Source of the DNA: Peribolospora baueri
Lineage: Eukaryota
Assembly: GCA_029717555.1 (NCBI GenBank)
Contig: JAMDHS010000034.1
Location: forward strand, 124,001-188,000
Direction: 5' to 3'
Length of the DNA: 64,000 nucleotides
Numbering within the stretch: position 1 is the stretch's first letter; the number at the start of each line of letters is the position of its first letter. The notes below the pieces were generated by a model, which saw only the letters and a list, made by a program, of their open reading frames with translations, searched no databases and was not told where the DNA came from. Positions 25,875 through 37,129 of the stretch are shown piece after piece. The position numbers and the translations under genes are program-made.

Positions 25875-26368
25875 ATGCCCGTCCTCAGCTACCGTGAGTC
25901 GCGGCCGCTGGCTCGACGGTGGACGGATCACTTGATCCTTGCTCGTCTTTTCCTTTTCTTACCGTCTTCATTCCTTCCTTTCCTCCTTCAGTCCTCTTCA
26001 AGTACAAGCCCGGCACCTCGGCCGAGACTATCAAAGAGTTCGCCCAGCGCAGCCAGGCCCTCCAGACCGCCGTCGCCAGTGACATCAACGTCATCTCCAT
26101 CCACGCCGGCCCTCTCCTCCCCCTCCCTGCCAACCTCGAGCGCGGCTGGCAGGCGGCCCAGGCCGCGACGTTTGCGAGCAATGACGATCTCGTCAAGTTT
26201 GCCAAGGACCCCGCGCACGAGGAGTGAGTCCGGTGTCTTTTGAATGTCAAGTGAGAATGGCTTTTTTACCTCTCCTCCACCTCGCTTTCCTCCTCCTCCG
26301 ACAACAGGCTCAAGAAGGCCCACGCCGTCCACGTCGAGGACTTTATCGCCAGCCAGATCGAGTACTAA
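25875..26368 (+). CDS. Dabb (stress-responsive alpha/beta barrel) protein, candidate polyketide cyclase, 3 exons
   Basis: Spliced product MPVLSY-LVLFKYKPGTSAETIKEF...GWQAAQAATFASNDDLVKFAKDPAHE-ELKKAHAVHVEDFIASQIEY*, with the Dabb hallmarks VLFKxK and F.S...L..(Y/F)..(H/D)PAH. Confidence 0.85.
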
Positions 26369-26487
26369 CTAGGTGGACGGGGACCGACGAGGCTGGCCGA
26401 TTCGTAATATCGGATACCCGCACATCTTCATTCATGTTTCCACCTAGCTCCCGTTTCCAAACGTCATCCTTTTCATCAAAGTCACGT

Positions 26488-26725
26488 GTTGGCATGCCTC
26501 TTCTCCAATCGGATCCCATTCGACCGCTCGAGCTGCTTGCTTGCGCGGGAGAGGAGGGTCTGAAATGATTAGATGTATAAGACGTGCTGTGCAATCCCCA
26601 TTCAATCATTCCCCCGTCTACTCGCCGTGTTGGCATGCCTCCTTTTCCAATGCGGCTCCCATCGACCGCTCGAGTTTGTCCGCTCGAGCTTGCTTCGAGA
26701 GGAGGGTCCGAAATGACTAGATGTA
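26488..26725. repeat. Imperfect direct duplication of ~95 bp downstream of the Dabb gene
   Basis: GTTGGCATGCCTC...CCAAT.CGG.TCCCAT.CGACCGCTCGAG...GAGGAGGGTC.GAAATGA.TAGATGTAT occurs at ~26488 and ~26628. Confidence 0.75.
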
Positions 26726-27303
26726 TTACGACGTACGACATGCCGTGCAATACCTGGGTATTCAACCGTTCCCCCATCTCCTGCCACGCATCGCATCTCT
26801 CTCGGCGAGGTGATGATGATGGATGGATGGGCCAGTCGGAGTCGACTCGAGTCGAGTCCGGCACGCGTGGGCGGTTCTGCCTATATTCCTCTCGAGACAC
26901 GAAGAGCCAGCAGAGCCGCGGACTGCGTTGCGTAGCATGTGTCCTCTCTCCTCTCCTCTCCTCTCCTCTCCGGCCGTTTGTGTTGCCCCATTCAACCGAA
27001 GTCTTTCGATCGCTCGCTCGGACGTGAACGAACGAACGAACGAACGAACGGGATGCTCGCCGATGACCCGCTCTACTCGCTCAATTTCCAATCATCATCC
27101 AGGCGAATGCGAAGATTCCACATCGGCCGAGACGCACATTGCGTTGCGCTGCGGAGGGAGTGATAGGATAAGAGCCAACGGTGGTGGTGATTTATGAAGA
27201 CGGAGTGGCCGTCTATGGAAAGAAAGAAAGCGAATGAACAGCGGGGCTACGGGCGTATAAAAAAGACACGTACTAAAAACAGATAATAAAGACAAATCCC
27301 CCG

Positions 27304-29156
27304 TCACGCCTCGTCGTCCAACACCGCCAACCCCTCCACCACATTCTCCCTCGCCCACTCGTCCATTCCTGGCACCTTGTATCCGTACCACGAGTCATAC
27401 GTGCCCGCGTTCCTTCCCCACAGGGCAAACTTCATAATCCACTTGATCAAAAAGAACGCCACGGGCCCCTTGTCTTTCTTCGACGCTCCGCGCTTGTTCG
27501 CCTCCGTTAGGATCATCTCCGCCCGCGGCGAGCGCGCTTCTGTGAACGCCTTTAGCGCCGGTTCCAGGTCGGCCACGGTGGGGATTGACGAGACCTTTTC
27601 CACCGTTGGAGTCATTGTTTGGACGAGCGGGCGCAAAAGGTAGGCCAAGTAGGCTGCGTCTTCGAGCGCCATCGAAGCGCCCTGTCCGGCATGTGGAGGC
27701 GTAGCTGAAGGACGTCGTAATGCGGCGGAAAGCAAGGAGCGTCAAGGAGTGAGGTCCGGGACGCAAGAAGACGGCGAGACATACCATGCGCGGCGTCGCC
27801 GATGAGAACCATACGCTTCGAGTGCCACTTGTCCAAGTTCTGCACCTGATACACCGGTAAGAGCTGAGATATACCGTTGGCGTCCGCCGCCTGGATGACC
27901 TCGGCGATGGGCGTCGGCCTGATGAAAACAAAAGCGAAAAAGAAAAGCAAATGAGAGGGCAGATCACCAATGAAGACCACAGGGATGCCAGCGGCGGCGA
28001 ATTTCTGCAGATGATGAGCAGTCAAAGCCCCCCTAGACGTCCATTCGCAAAGACAAACGGCTTACCAGCTTCCGCAGCGCTCCTTGACCTCGGCCATGGC
28101 CTGCTCGTGCGACATTCGGCGCCACTCGTCCTTTTCTCTTTCAGAGCTCGAATAGTTCGCCGCCCTATCGACACGTTAGAAGAGTAGAGGACGGGACGCG
28201 GCGATGCGAACGAGGTAAGGAAAGCTTTCGGCGCCAATTGTTCCTTTTCCCCATCTCTGCACTCACCACGCAAACCGTTTTCCAGCTGATCCGATGCGGG
28301 CGAGGCCAAAAAAGCCAGAACGGCCGTGGGTGATGCGGAAAGGGCAATGATCGTTGACGTAATCCTTGATGCATGGCACTTGAGCAACGTCCATGATGCC
28401 GATCACGCTGACCAAACCTTCGAAGACGGGATGGGGTGGAGCTACCCCTGCGGCTTCGGCGATGCTGGTGGGCGGGGAAGGGTATGGGTTAGGAAGGAAC
28501 TGAAACTGAGAAAGTGGCGTGCCCGCACTCACCTCTTCCGGACGACGCTCCAGATGCCGTCCGCACCGACGACGAAATCGGCCCGGTCCTCTTCCAGCTG
28601 TCCGTTCGTGCGCCAGGTGATCGTGACCCCCTCGTCGTCCTCGACGAGGTCTTCGACTTTGACTGACCAATGCACAGCAATCTTCCGACGTTCCACCTCA
28701 TCCAGGAGCAGGTCGAAGAGGGCCCGTCGCGTGACCATGCCCGTGGGCTGGCCGTGGCGCTCCTTATTACCGAGCCGAGCCTGACCGATGTAAAAATCGG
28801 TGTAATCGAGCATGTCCAACGTGCGGATTTCCGAGATTTCGTTGTCCTTGGCGAACAGCTTTTGGGCGAGCCCCAACGAGTGGATCACCTCGACTCCGTT
28901 GGGCGCAAGAAGGAACGGACCGCCTTTGGGAATCTCTTCGCGTGAGCCGCGCGACTCGAGCACGCTCACAGAGCAGCCGAGACGGGTAAGGAAAACGGCG
29001 GCGGCGCACTGTCAGAGGGCAAAGAGAGCAAGGTGTAAGGAAGTGAGCAACGGTGGTCCTGTCTTCGCGTCCCTTCAAGCGCCGTCCTACTGCCACCTTC
29101 AGTCCACTCACCCCGCCGATGCCAGCGCCGACGACGACGACTTTCATGGGAGCCAT
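27304..29156 (-). CDS. FAD-dependent monooxygenase (group A, FAD_binding_3), multi-exon
   Basis: VVVVGAGIGG Rossmann motif, VVGADGIWS (DG motif), LIGDAAH...PHAGQGASMALEDA (GD motif). Confidence 0.92.
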
Positions 29157-30147
29157 TCCTTTCGAGGCTAGGTTACGAATGCCGGGGATGAATTGGTAGG
29201 CAATACGGGAGAAGGAAGTGAGTAGGGTGGGAGGTCAGTTGGGTACGTCTGAATCGACGGGGCCGTCAGTGATCCTGTGGTTTTGTATGTGCTAGGAGCC
29301 GATGAGGAGCGAGCGAGGGCGCGGGCCCTGAGCAAGGAATGGCGCAGGCGAGCGACGCGGTAAGGGCGCCGCCGCGGTACGGAGTTGGAGTTGTGCCATG
29401 GTAAGCGAATGCGTGTGCAACGGCGGCGAGCGAGGCGATGTGAGTCTGGAAGACGAGACGAGAGGACTGGTCTGCGACAATCGACGAGAGGAACTGAGTG
29501 AAGTGACCTTGGTGGTTGCTGCGGCAAGGAACGGCGCGCTGGTTTCCCGTGAGGATCAATCAAGTCCCGTCGAGTCGGAGTAAAAGTAAAGCAACTCTGC
29601 GACCGGCTCGGCCGTGTCAGCGCGGAGGCGAGCCGAGTCCGGTCCTCCTTCCCCCTCCATCCCTCGCCTCCCTCCCCGTCTTCGTCATCCCCCGTCGATG
29701 CCAGCGCAGTCGTCTTTCCGCATTCCAGAGAACCCGACGCTAGACGACTCTACGACTGCGTCGAGCAGGGCACACGTATCACACTTTCACGTGCCCCCGT
29801 TAGCAAGAGACGGACACAGTAGAGATGCGAGCCGAATAAGACACAGAAGGGGGATGGATAGGTGGCGTAGGGCCCTTCTTCGATTGCAGCAGAAAATTAG
29901 ACCGCCGTCTGGGCCAGCCCAGATCCCGTACACAGAGAATCGGCAAAGGCACGCGGGGAAGTGGGGCGAAGCAATAAGAATGAAAGGACGGTCGCGATGA
30001 GAATGAAAGGAAGGTCGTGAGAAAAAAACGAATGGAGTGTCCGATGGCCCCGAAGCATCTATCGGTCTCGATTCCCCTTTGCGCGTCTAGAGGGGATCCA
30101 CGAGCAAGCCAAGCGAGGATTAAAAGTCGAGTCCCAAACCTGGACGC

Positions 30148-32714
30148 TCAGCCCCGGAAGGGGAACCGCTTGCGGAGGCTCTCGCCGTAGAGAACGACGT
30201 AGATGCTGAACGGCAGGCCGGCAAGAGCCGCAAAGCCGAGGACGGTGTTGCCCCAGCCAAAGCCGAGGGTGATGTACAGCCGCTCGCCGAAGAGCGGGAA
30301 CGCGGCGCCGACGGCGGATCGGCAAAGAACCGAGACGGCGACGGCCGATGCCGAGAAGGGGATGAGAGCATCTACGAGGTAAATCTGGGCGCACTGGAAG
30401 ACCAAGACGACGCCGACGCCCATGACGAACGAGCCCATCAAGGGGACGAACCAGAAGGTCTTGGCCTGGGCCGCCCAGCCGAACCAGAACAGTCCGACAG
30501 CCATGAGGACCATGCCGACGTTGATCAGAGGCAGACGGTACTCGGGCTTGCCCCTGAACGGCTTCTTCTTGGCTGCCACCACGTGTGGCGGCACACCTGC
30601 CTCGAGCTCGGCGATCCGCATCCTGTTGAGATCCCTGGCAGTGAGGTGGGCGTACAGCTTGTTCTGCGCGATCCCGTTGGCGATCGCTGCGATGAAGCAG
30701 CCCAGGCCCATGCCGAGGAACGTAAGTCCGCTGATACCGGGCGACCAGCCGTAGTTGGGCAGACTCGGGTGTGCCGCCGAGGCCTGGAACAGGAGCGGGA
30801 ACGTGGTGAACGCCAGATAGACGAGACCATAGATGTAGGCTTGGTAGAGAGCTGTGCGAACGGAGGACATGTGGACAACAAAGAGATATGTATGAGCGAG
30901 CGTGCTGCGAAGAGCGCTGTGAGCGAGATGCTAAATCGTCGGAAGCGTGATCGAAGCCACTTACAGAAGATGCAAACGATAGGGCTGGTGAAGAAGAGTT
31001 TGACGGGACGCCTGATGGCGAGCTTGACCTTGGGCGCAAGCTCCTTGAGCTTCTGCGTCGTGCGCCACCCGTCGACCGTCTCTCCGCGGAGCGTTCGCTC
31101 GGCCGCCTGAAGGCGGTCGAACTTGGCTTGCTTGAGGAAGGGTGCGTAGGACTCGCTAAGGGTGAAGACCATGATGGCGCCGATCACCCCCGATCCAATG
31201 GTCAGAACCCAGAGAGTCCAACGCCAGCCCGTGCGTTCCACGATCCAAGCACCGATCACGTTACCGAGAATGGGGCCGAGGAGAGGGCCCAACGAGTACA
31301 TGGAAGCGGCCTTGCCGCGCTCCTTGGGCTCGAACAGGTCACCGATAGTGGACGAACCGAGCGAGGGCCCAGTAGAGCCGCTGATGCCGGCAAAAAAACG
31401 AAGGATGCACATGTTCGTCGTGTTGCCGGCCAGGGCGCTGGCGACGTTGAAAGCGAGGTATACGACGGCGCTGATCACGTACACCTTGTAGCGGCCGATG
31501 ACCTCGCTGAGGGGGGCAAGGATGAAGGGGCCGAGGCCGAGGCCGAAGACGTAGAGCGAGACGGGCAGCATCTGGACAGTGGTGTTGGAGATGTTGAAGT
31601 CGTGCGCCATCTCGTAGGTAGCAGGGACGATGATGGACGAGCCGAGGGGGGCAAGGAAACCGATGCAGGAGATGACGAAGACATTGAGCCACTTCCGGTC
31701 GTTCGGCCACATAAGCGGATTCTCGTTCTTCTCCAGCTCGACCTTGTCCAGGAACTCCGGCGCAAAGGGGATCGGCGTCTTCTCGTCGTTGATGGCACAG
31801 CTTTCCGTCTCCTTGTGCACGTTGTACGACACCGGCCCATGCTTGCGGTGGTCGTATACCCCAGCATCCTTCTGGAACGGCAATTGGCTCAGCTGTGGGC
31901 CATATTTGACGGCATGCTCGTACGCGGTTGACGCCGTGCGAAGAGACGACATGCTCTGCTTGTGCTGGGGCTCGTATTTGTGCGGGTGCTCGGACGAGAC
32001 GGGCGTGGTGCTGCCCGACGGGACCGAGCTGGCGCAACCGGACTGGTTGTAGCGGGCCGTCGACGCCGAATCGGACCAAGGGCCGACGCTGGAGCGCGGT
32101 GACGATTCAGAAGGGCGAAGGACTTCGGCGGGCTCAACATCAATGAACAGCGGCTTGACGGAGCTGCGGGATGGACGAACGGGGGGCTCGTTGGAGTACG
32201 ACCCGCGGTCCACGGTCGACACGCCGCGGGAGATGGAGCCGGAGCGGGAACCGGAGCGGGAGCGGGAGGGGTTGCGGGGGGGGCGAACGGGCTCACTAGA
32301 GTACGATACAGTCTCCGCGTCAGAAACGCGGCGAGAGGGGCGACCGCGTTCGTTAAAGTACGACACCGGATCCGCGGTGATAAGAGCGCGGGACGGGCGA
32401 CTGGGCTCGCGTTCACTGGCGTACGACACGGGCTCCGCGGCGAAAAAAGCGCGGGGAGGGTAGCCCGGGTCGCTGGAGTACGAGCGGTGCTCCGCGTTGG
32501 AAATGCCGTGAGAGCGGCGGCTGGTGTCGTCGGTGTACGACAAGGGCTCCGCGGTGAAAGGACCGTGGTAACGACCGGTATCGTTGGAGTACGAGACGGG
32601 CTCCGCGGTGTAGAGAATGCGGGAGGGGCGGTAAGATGCGGGTTCTGCTCTAAAAGGACCGCGGGTGCGACCGGGGTCATTGGCCGTCGCCCTATGCTGC
32701 GGGTTGTAAGACAT
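30148..32714 (-). CDS. MFS transporter, DHA1 drug:H+ antiporter family, with a long repetitive N-terminal extension
   Basis: ENPLMWPNDRKW, GPFILAPLSEVIGR, LRFFAG, IGDLFEPKERG, GPLLGPILG, PEYRL and multiple hydrophobic segments; one intron near 30870-30960. Confidence 0.93.
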
Positions 32715-34309
32715 ATTGGTGAGGAGGTTGATGATTCTAAAACAAGAAAAGTAGAAAAACCATGAAGGAGCCGAATATAAGGAAAATGAGCTTTGCCCGA
32801 GAAATCAGGACACTTTCTATGCGAGACGCCAGGCACACTCACATGTGACGTGAAGTAGGTTGGATTGGGTGGGACTAGAGAGAGATGTCGGACCCTGAAA
32901 GGCGACAAGAACCAGCGTCCAGCTTTGAACGGGAGAAGAAAGCAAAGGACCAAGGGTGACTATATTGCGAGATGAGCGAAGTGGGCAGGTGACTGGGGTC
33001 GTCGGTCTCGGCTCGGCTTGTCTTTCTCGACCAGGGAGAGGAGGCAGGAAGGAGGGAGGGCAAGGGTAAGAGGAGACGGGGGGTAGGGAAGACGCATCTC
33101 GGAAACGGGGATGCTCCGAAGGCACTGGTATTTGAATCATTCGACGACTCTGCCTCGACTCTGCCTCGACTCGGACTCGACTCGGACTCGACCCAAGGCC
33201 CGACGTGGTCGAGGTGAGGGTGTAAGTTTAGACGAACGCGACGCGGACCGTGCACGGACTCTTACTGCGTACCGCCGACTCGGTCCGCCATAGCCCCGCA
33301 TTTGTCCGTCCCTGGCCGAGCTTCTCCGCCTCCAGCCGCCATCACTGCCGTCGGTGACGCCGCGTTCCTCTTACTCCGTCTCGCATGCCACCATTCTCCA
33401 GCCGGCGAGTCCATGCGTACATGGCGCACGCAAATAGAAAGGCAGCACTGTCCACGGCCATCCTGACCCTGAGCTCGTACAGTTGGGAGCAGATGATCAG
33501 CATTTTCGACGCCAATCCGCGCGATCGCGGATCGCAGAGTGATCCGTTATCTCCTTGTTTGTTCGCAGCCTCTTCCGACCCCGAGTGTTCCTTGCGATAG
33601 ATAGATGATGGTCATACCCGTCATCCATCACCATTTGCAGCAAAACCGCAGCGGGGCAGAACTGTTTACTCTCGATCTGCGCCGCCGGGGCAGCGCTTCC
33701 GACTGACACAACGCCCGAGCAGGATAGCTCACTCCGACCACGGGAGCGGATGAGAGAGCGCAGCATCGAAGCACCGAAGGAACCGAGCAAGATATCACCT
33801 TCTCGCCTCGCCGCGCCTTGTCGTACCCAATTGGGACTCTGTGTAACAGTGAGGCGTGCGTTCTATGGGCGCTCGATTTGTAACCCGGCGCTCACGCGGC
33901 CTCCCAGGTCGAACTCCCAGGCCAGCCCAAGGCCTCGCGAGGTCAGTCCTCAAGCATATAAGGGACGAGGGCCTGGGCCAATTTTCGGGGACCCTCGTTC
34001 TTCGCATTCACTTCCATACTCAACCCAGTTTACCGCCTGAGCCACGCAACGTCCATCCAGCCTTCCGACATCGTCTCCGTCCTCTTTTCGTCGCCCATTC
34101 TTGTTCTTCCTCAGGTGAGAACTCATGCACATCGTTGTTGTGATGGGCGGACGAAGGGCATGTCGATCGCTTTAACATGCTTTCTTATCCCGCTTTTCCA
34201 CCTATTAACCTCCGGTCCCGTCTCGTATCGCACGTCTCTCCCCTCTCTCTTGTCGCTCTGCGGCCCATCCGTCCCGCAACATCACACGGAACCACACCAG
34301 AAACGCAAT

Positions 34310-34735
34310 ATGGCCACCATCGGTAGCAAGCCCGCCGCGCGCAGCCCAGAGCAGCTCGAGGCAAACAAGGACCTAATCCGACGATTCTACCACAAATTCG
34401 GCGTGTTGCACGACTTCACCGGTGCAGACGAGTTTCTGTCAGCCGATTACAAGTCGTTCCGCGGGAACGGCATGATCAACGATAGGGACAAGTGGCTCAT
34501 GGTCCTTCAGAAGGGCATCGCTACCAAGATGCCCAACTTCAAAGCCGAGCTCCTCCGCGAGGTCGCTGAGGGAGATTACGTTTGGGTGCTCGGGCGGATC
34601 ACCGGTTCGAGCGAGTGTCCTGAGGGAAACATCACGCTGAGCGTCGATATCTATCGCTTTGGGGAGGATGGTAAGATCGTCGAGCACTGGGACGTCCAAC
34701 AGTGGGTCGATCCCAGCGTGGAGCACGCCAAGTGA
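34310..34735 (+). CDS. SnoaL-like / NTF2-like protein (candidate polyketide cyclase)
   Basis: 141 aa: NKDLIRRFY...VAEGDYVWV...VDIYRFGEDGKIVEHWDV, the typical SnoaL C-terminal signature. Confidence 0.88.
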   Translation: MATIGSKPAARSPEQLEANKDLIRRFYHKFGVLHDFTGADEFLSADYKSFRGNGMINDRDKWLMVLQKGIATKMPNFKAELLREVAEGDYVWVLGRITGSSECPEGNITLSVDIYRFGEDGKIVEHWDVQQWVDPSVEHAK

Positions 34736-35581
34736 GGAAAAACGGGATGGGTGGAGCGGTATCGGTCCCGGTCCTCTGGTTACAGGTTTTCCATTCCGAA
34801 GAAGGGCATGAAGAGGGGCGACTCGGTCGCGACAAGAAACGAAGGTGGCTACCATACCACTACGGATCCGGAGACATGGCGATCGCTAGTGCTCTTGTGC
34901 AGAACCAGTATGCTCGATGTCTGGGACGGGAATGCGGTGCCATTGATAGACGGCCTCTGCCTCCTGTCTACTGTGCGCAAGACTGAATCTATGACCTCCA
35001 GATCGTTCCTTCGTATTGTACCTTCATGTCATGATGAATGGCTTCCGGTTGCCATGTTATCAGCGACTGGGCGAGCGAAACTGTCGGACAAACGACGAGT
35101 AAGCATGTGCTCAGCCGGGTCCGCAGCCGATGCGATTCCTCTTGGACGCATCGCCCGTCAGCATCCGTTCCTCCGCCCCGCGCCCTGCCGTCGTGCGTCC
35201 AATTCAATTCGCCCGGCTGCTTCCGCGCCGCCGCGACACAGCTGGAAACTCAAAACTCGTTTCGTTTCGCGTCGCGTCGTGTCCCAGCGTTTCTGTGTGC
35301 TTTGCGAGAGCAATAGGACGCATTTCGACAGGAGCCATGTCAATGGATGCAATGCAACTGTGCTAGAGAGCGAGAGTGTACATGGATGGGGGTGCGCATC
35401 ATGCGTCCGCCAGGGTCTCGAGAATGGCAGCCCATCTTCATGCGTATATCTAGATCAGCGATCGACCGACGAGCAGGCGGATGGGGACGAAGGAATGATT
35501 ACATCCAAGTAAATGTGAAAGAGCGACCTGCTCGTCCGGAGCAAGAGGGACCCATCGTGAAGGACGACGTGAGAGGAACAA

Positions 35582-36222
35582 CTAGCGAGCCATTTGGACC
35601 GCGAGGTCGTACACGCCAACGAAGAAGCAGATGGCGCTAAGGTAGATGCGGGCGCGGTGCCTCGAGTCCCAGAGACGGATGAGGTTGGTTACGTTGACCT
35701 CGTCTATGTACCTCTCGTTCTCCTTTTTGAGCTCATTCTTGAGCCGGAACACGCTCGGAAATATGAAGGCGACCGTCAGAGGGATCATGGCGACCATGGC
35801 CCCGCCGGCGACCCAGAGTGCCAACCGGCTGTTCCACCCGCCTGCGGAGACGCGCGGATCAATCCATCCGGCGTAGAAGTATCCCAGCGCGCCCACCCAG
35901 CCGATTGGCATCCACCGCTTCACCGAGAGGTCGAAGTTGTCGTTCCACAGCTGTACGCGCTGCCGCGGGGTGAGGCCCTTGCAGCGGAGGATCATAGGGA
36001 CGATCACGGTCGACGTAGAGATCGTCAATCCTACGGCAAACAGAGTAAAGACAGTGCGACGTCAATAACGTCAGCATACGTAAGAAGAACAAGATATTGT
36101 AGAGACACGGTGAGCGAGAGAGACAGGGGGAGCGACTCACCGAACCAGGCCCCGCTGCCTGCAATTCCGATGGCGCGAGCCAGCTCGGGCCGGGACAGGC
36201 CGACGCAATCCGTGATGGACAT
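35582..36222 (-). CDS. DUF1772 / anthrone-oxygenase-like membrane protein, 2 exons
   Basis: Exon 1 MSITDCVGLSRPELARAIGIAGSGAWF; exon 2 GLTISTSTVIVPMIL...QLW...MIPLTVAFIFPSVFRL...LIRLWDSRHRARIYL. The hydrophobic helices and the terminal W...H..R motif fit DUF1772. Confidence 0.72.
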
Positions 36223-37129
36223 GGTGAGCAAGAAGATAAAAAGAAGGGGAGGCAGGGCGCTGTCGAGTTGGATAGGTGAGGGTTGTTCGCAGCTAGTTGC
36301 GCGTCAGAATTACGATGGTGATGACCTAGAAGTGGGTGATATGTGAGCCACATCGAGCGCCGCCAACTTATACCTTGCCTCGTACCGTCCGTCCTCACAA
36401 GATAGCTTCCTTCTTACTACGCCCACACGCTCATCTATCTCACTCCACTCTATCTCACTCCACTCGGACCTCTGACGCCGGCAGCCATCGCTATCCAGCG
36501 TGGCCGGTCGCCCGACTCTCTCGCCGGACCTGGGCGTCCAGGACGGCCTCGCATCGAGTGCGCAGGCCCAGTCGAGCGGACCGAGTCCAGCGTTGTACGA
36601 ACGCATGTTTACCGTGGCCCTCCCTCCGCTCCTTCCATCTGCCCGGCGCCGAGGAGGCCCGCGTGAACCCCGAGTGAAGTGCCGACGGCGCACGGGCCGC
36701 TTGTGCGGCAGGCAAGAATCATGTTATGTCACGTGCCTCCCCCCGGCGCACTCATGGCGCGTGGGTACGCCATCATAGCCGGGAGACAATACTCGGAGAC
36801 GATGGGCACGCAGCTCTTCTTACTCCGTGGAACCCGGCACTCATCTCGCAAACAGCCCTCGCTCCAATCCCTCCGCTCTATGGCGCATTCTATACTGCAC
36901 AGTGCATACCGTTCGCCATGGTGTATCAACTATGGCTCGATAAAAACCGGACGGCCGTCGGGGCTTCATTGACGGGCCCCTTACCTTTCCGTCTCCTTCC
37001 TATCTCCTTGATCCTGCCCTCTTTATATCTGCCTCCTCTCAACTTGGCTGGATACAGCTTATAGACTCTTCACTACCTTACCCCCGTCAATCCAGTGAAT
37101 CGCTCGCTGGACGAGTTTTCGAGCCCCCA

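Noticed and set aside
27025..27050. (GAAC)n and other microsatellites (CT at ~15531-15554, GAAGGA at ~47310-47345)
   Set aside because: Ordinary simple repeats with no evidence of function.
34751..35512. 253 aa ORF between SnoaL and DUF1772
   Set aside because: GTG start, no motif and non-coding-like composition; probably intergenic.
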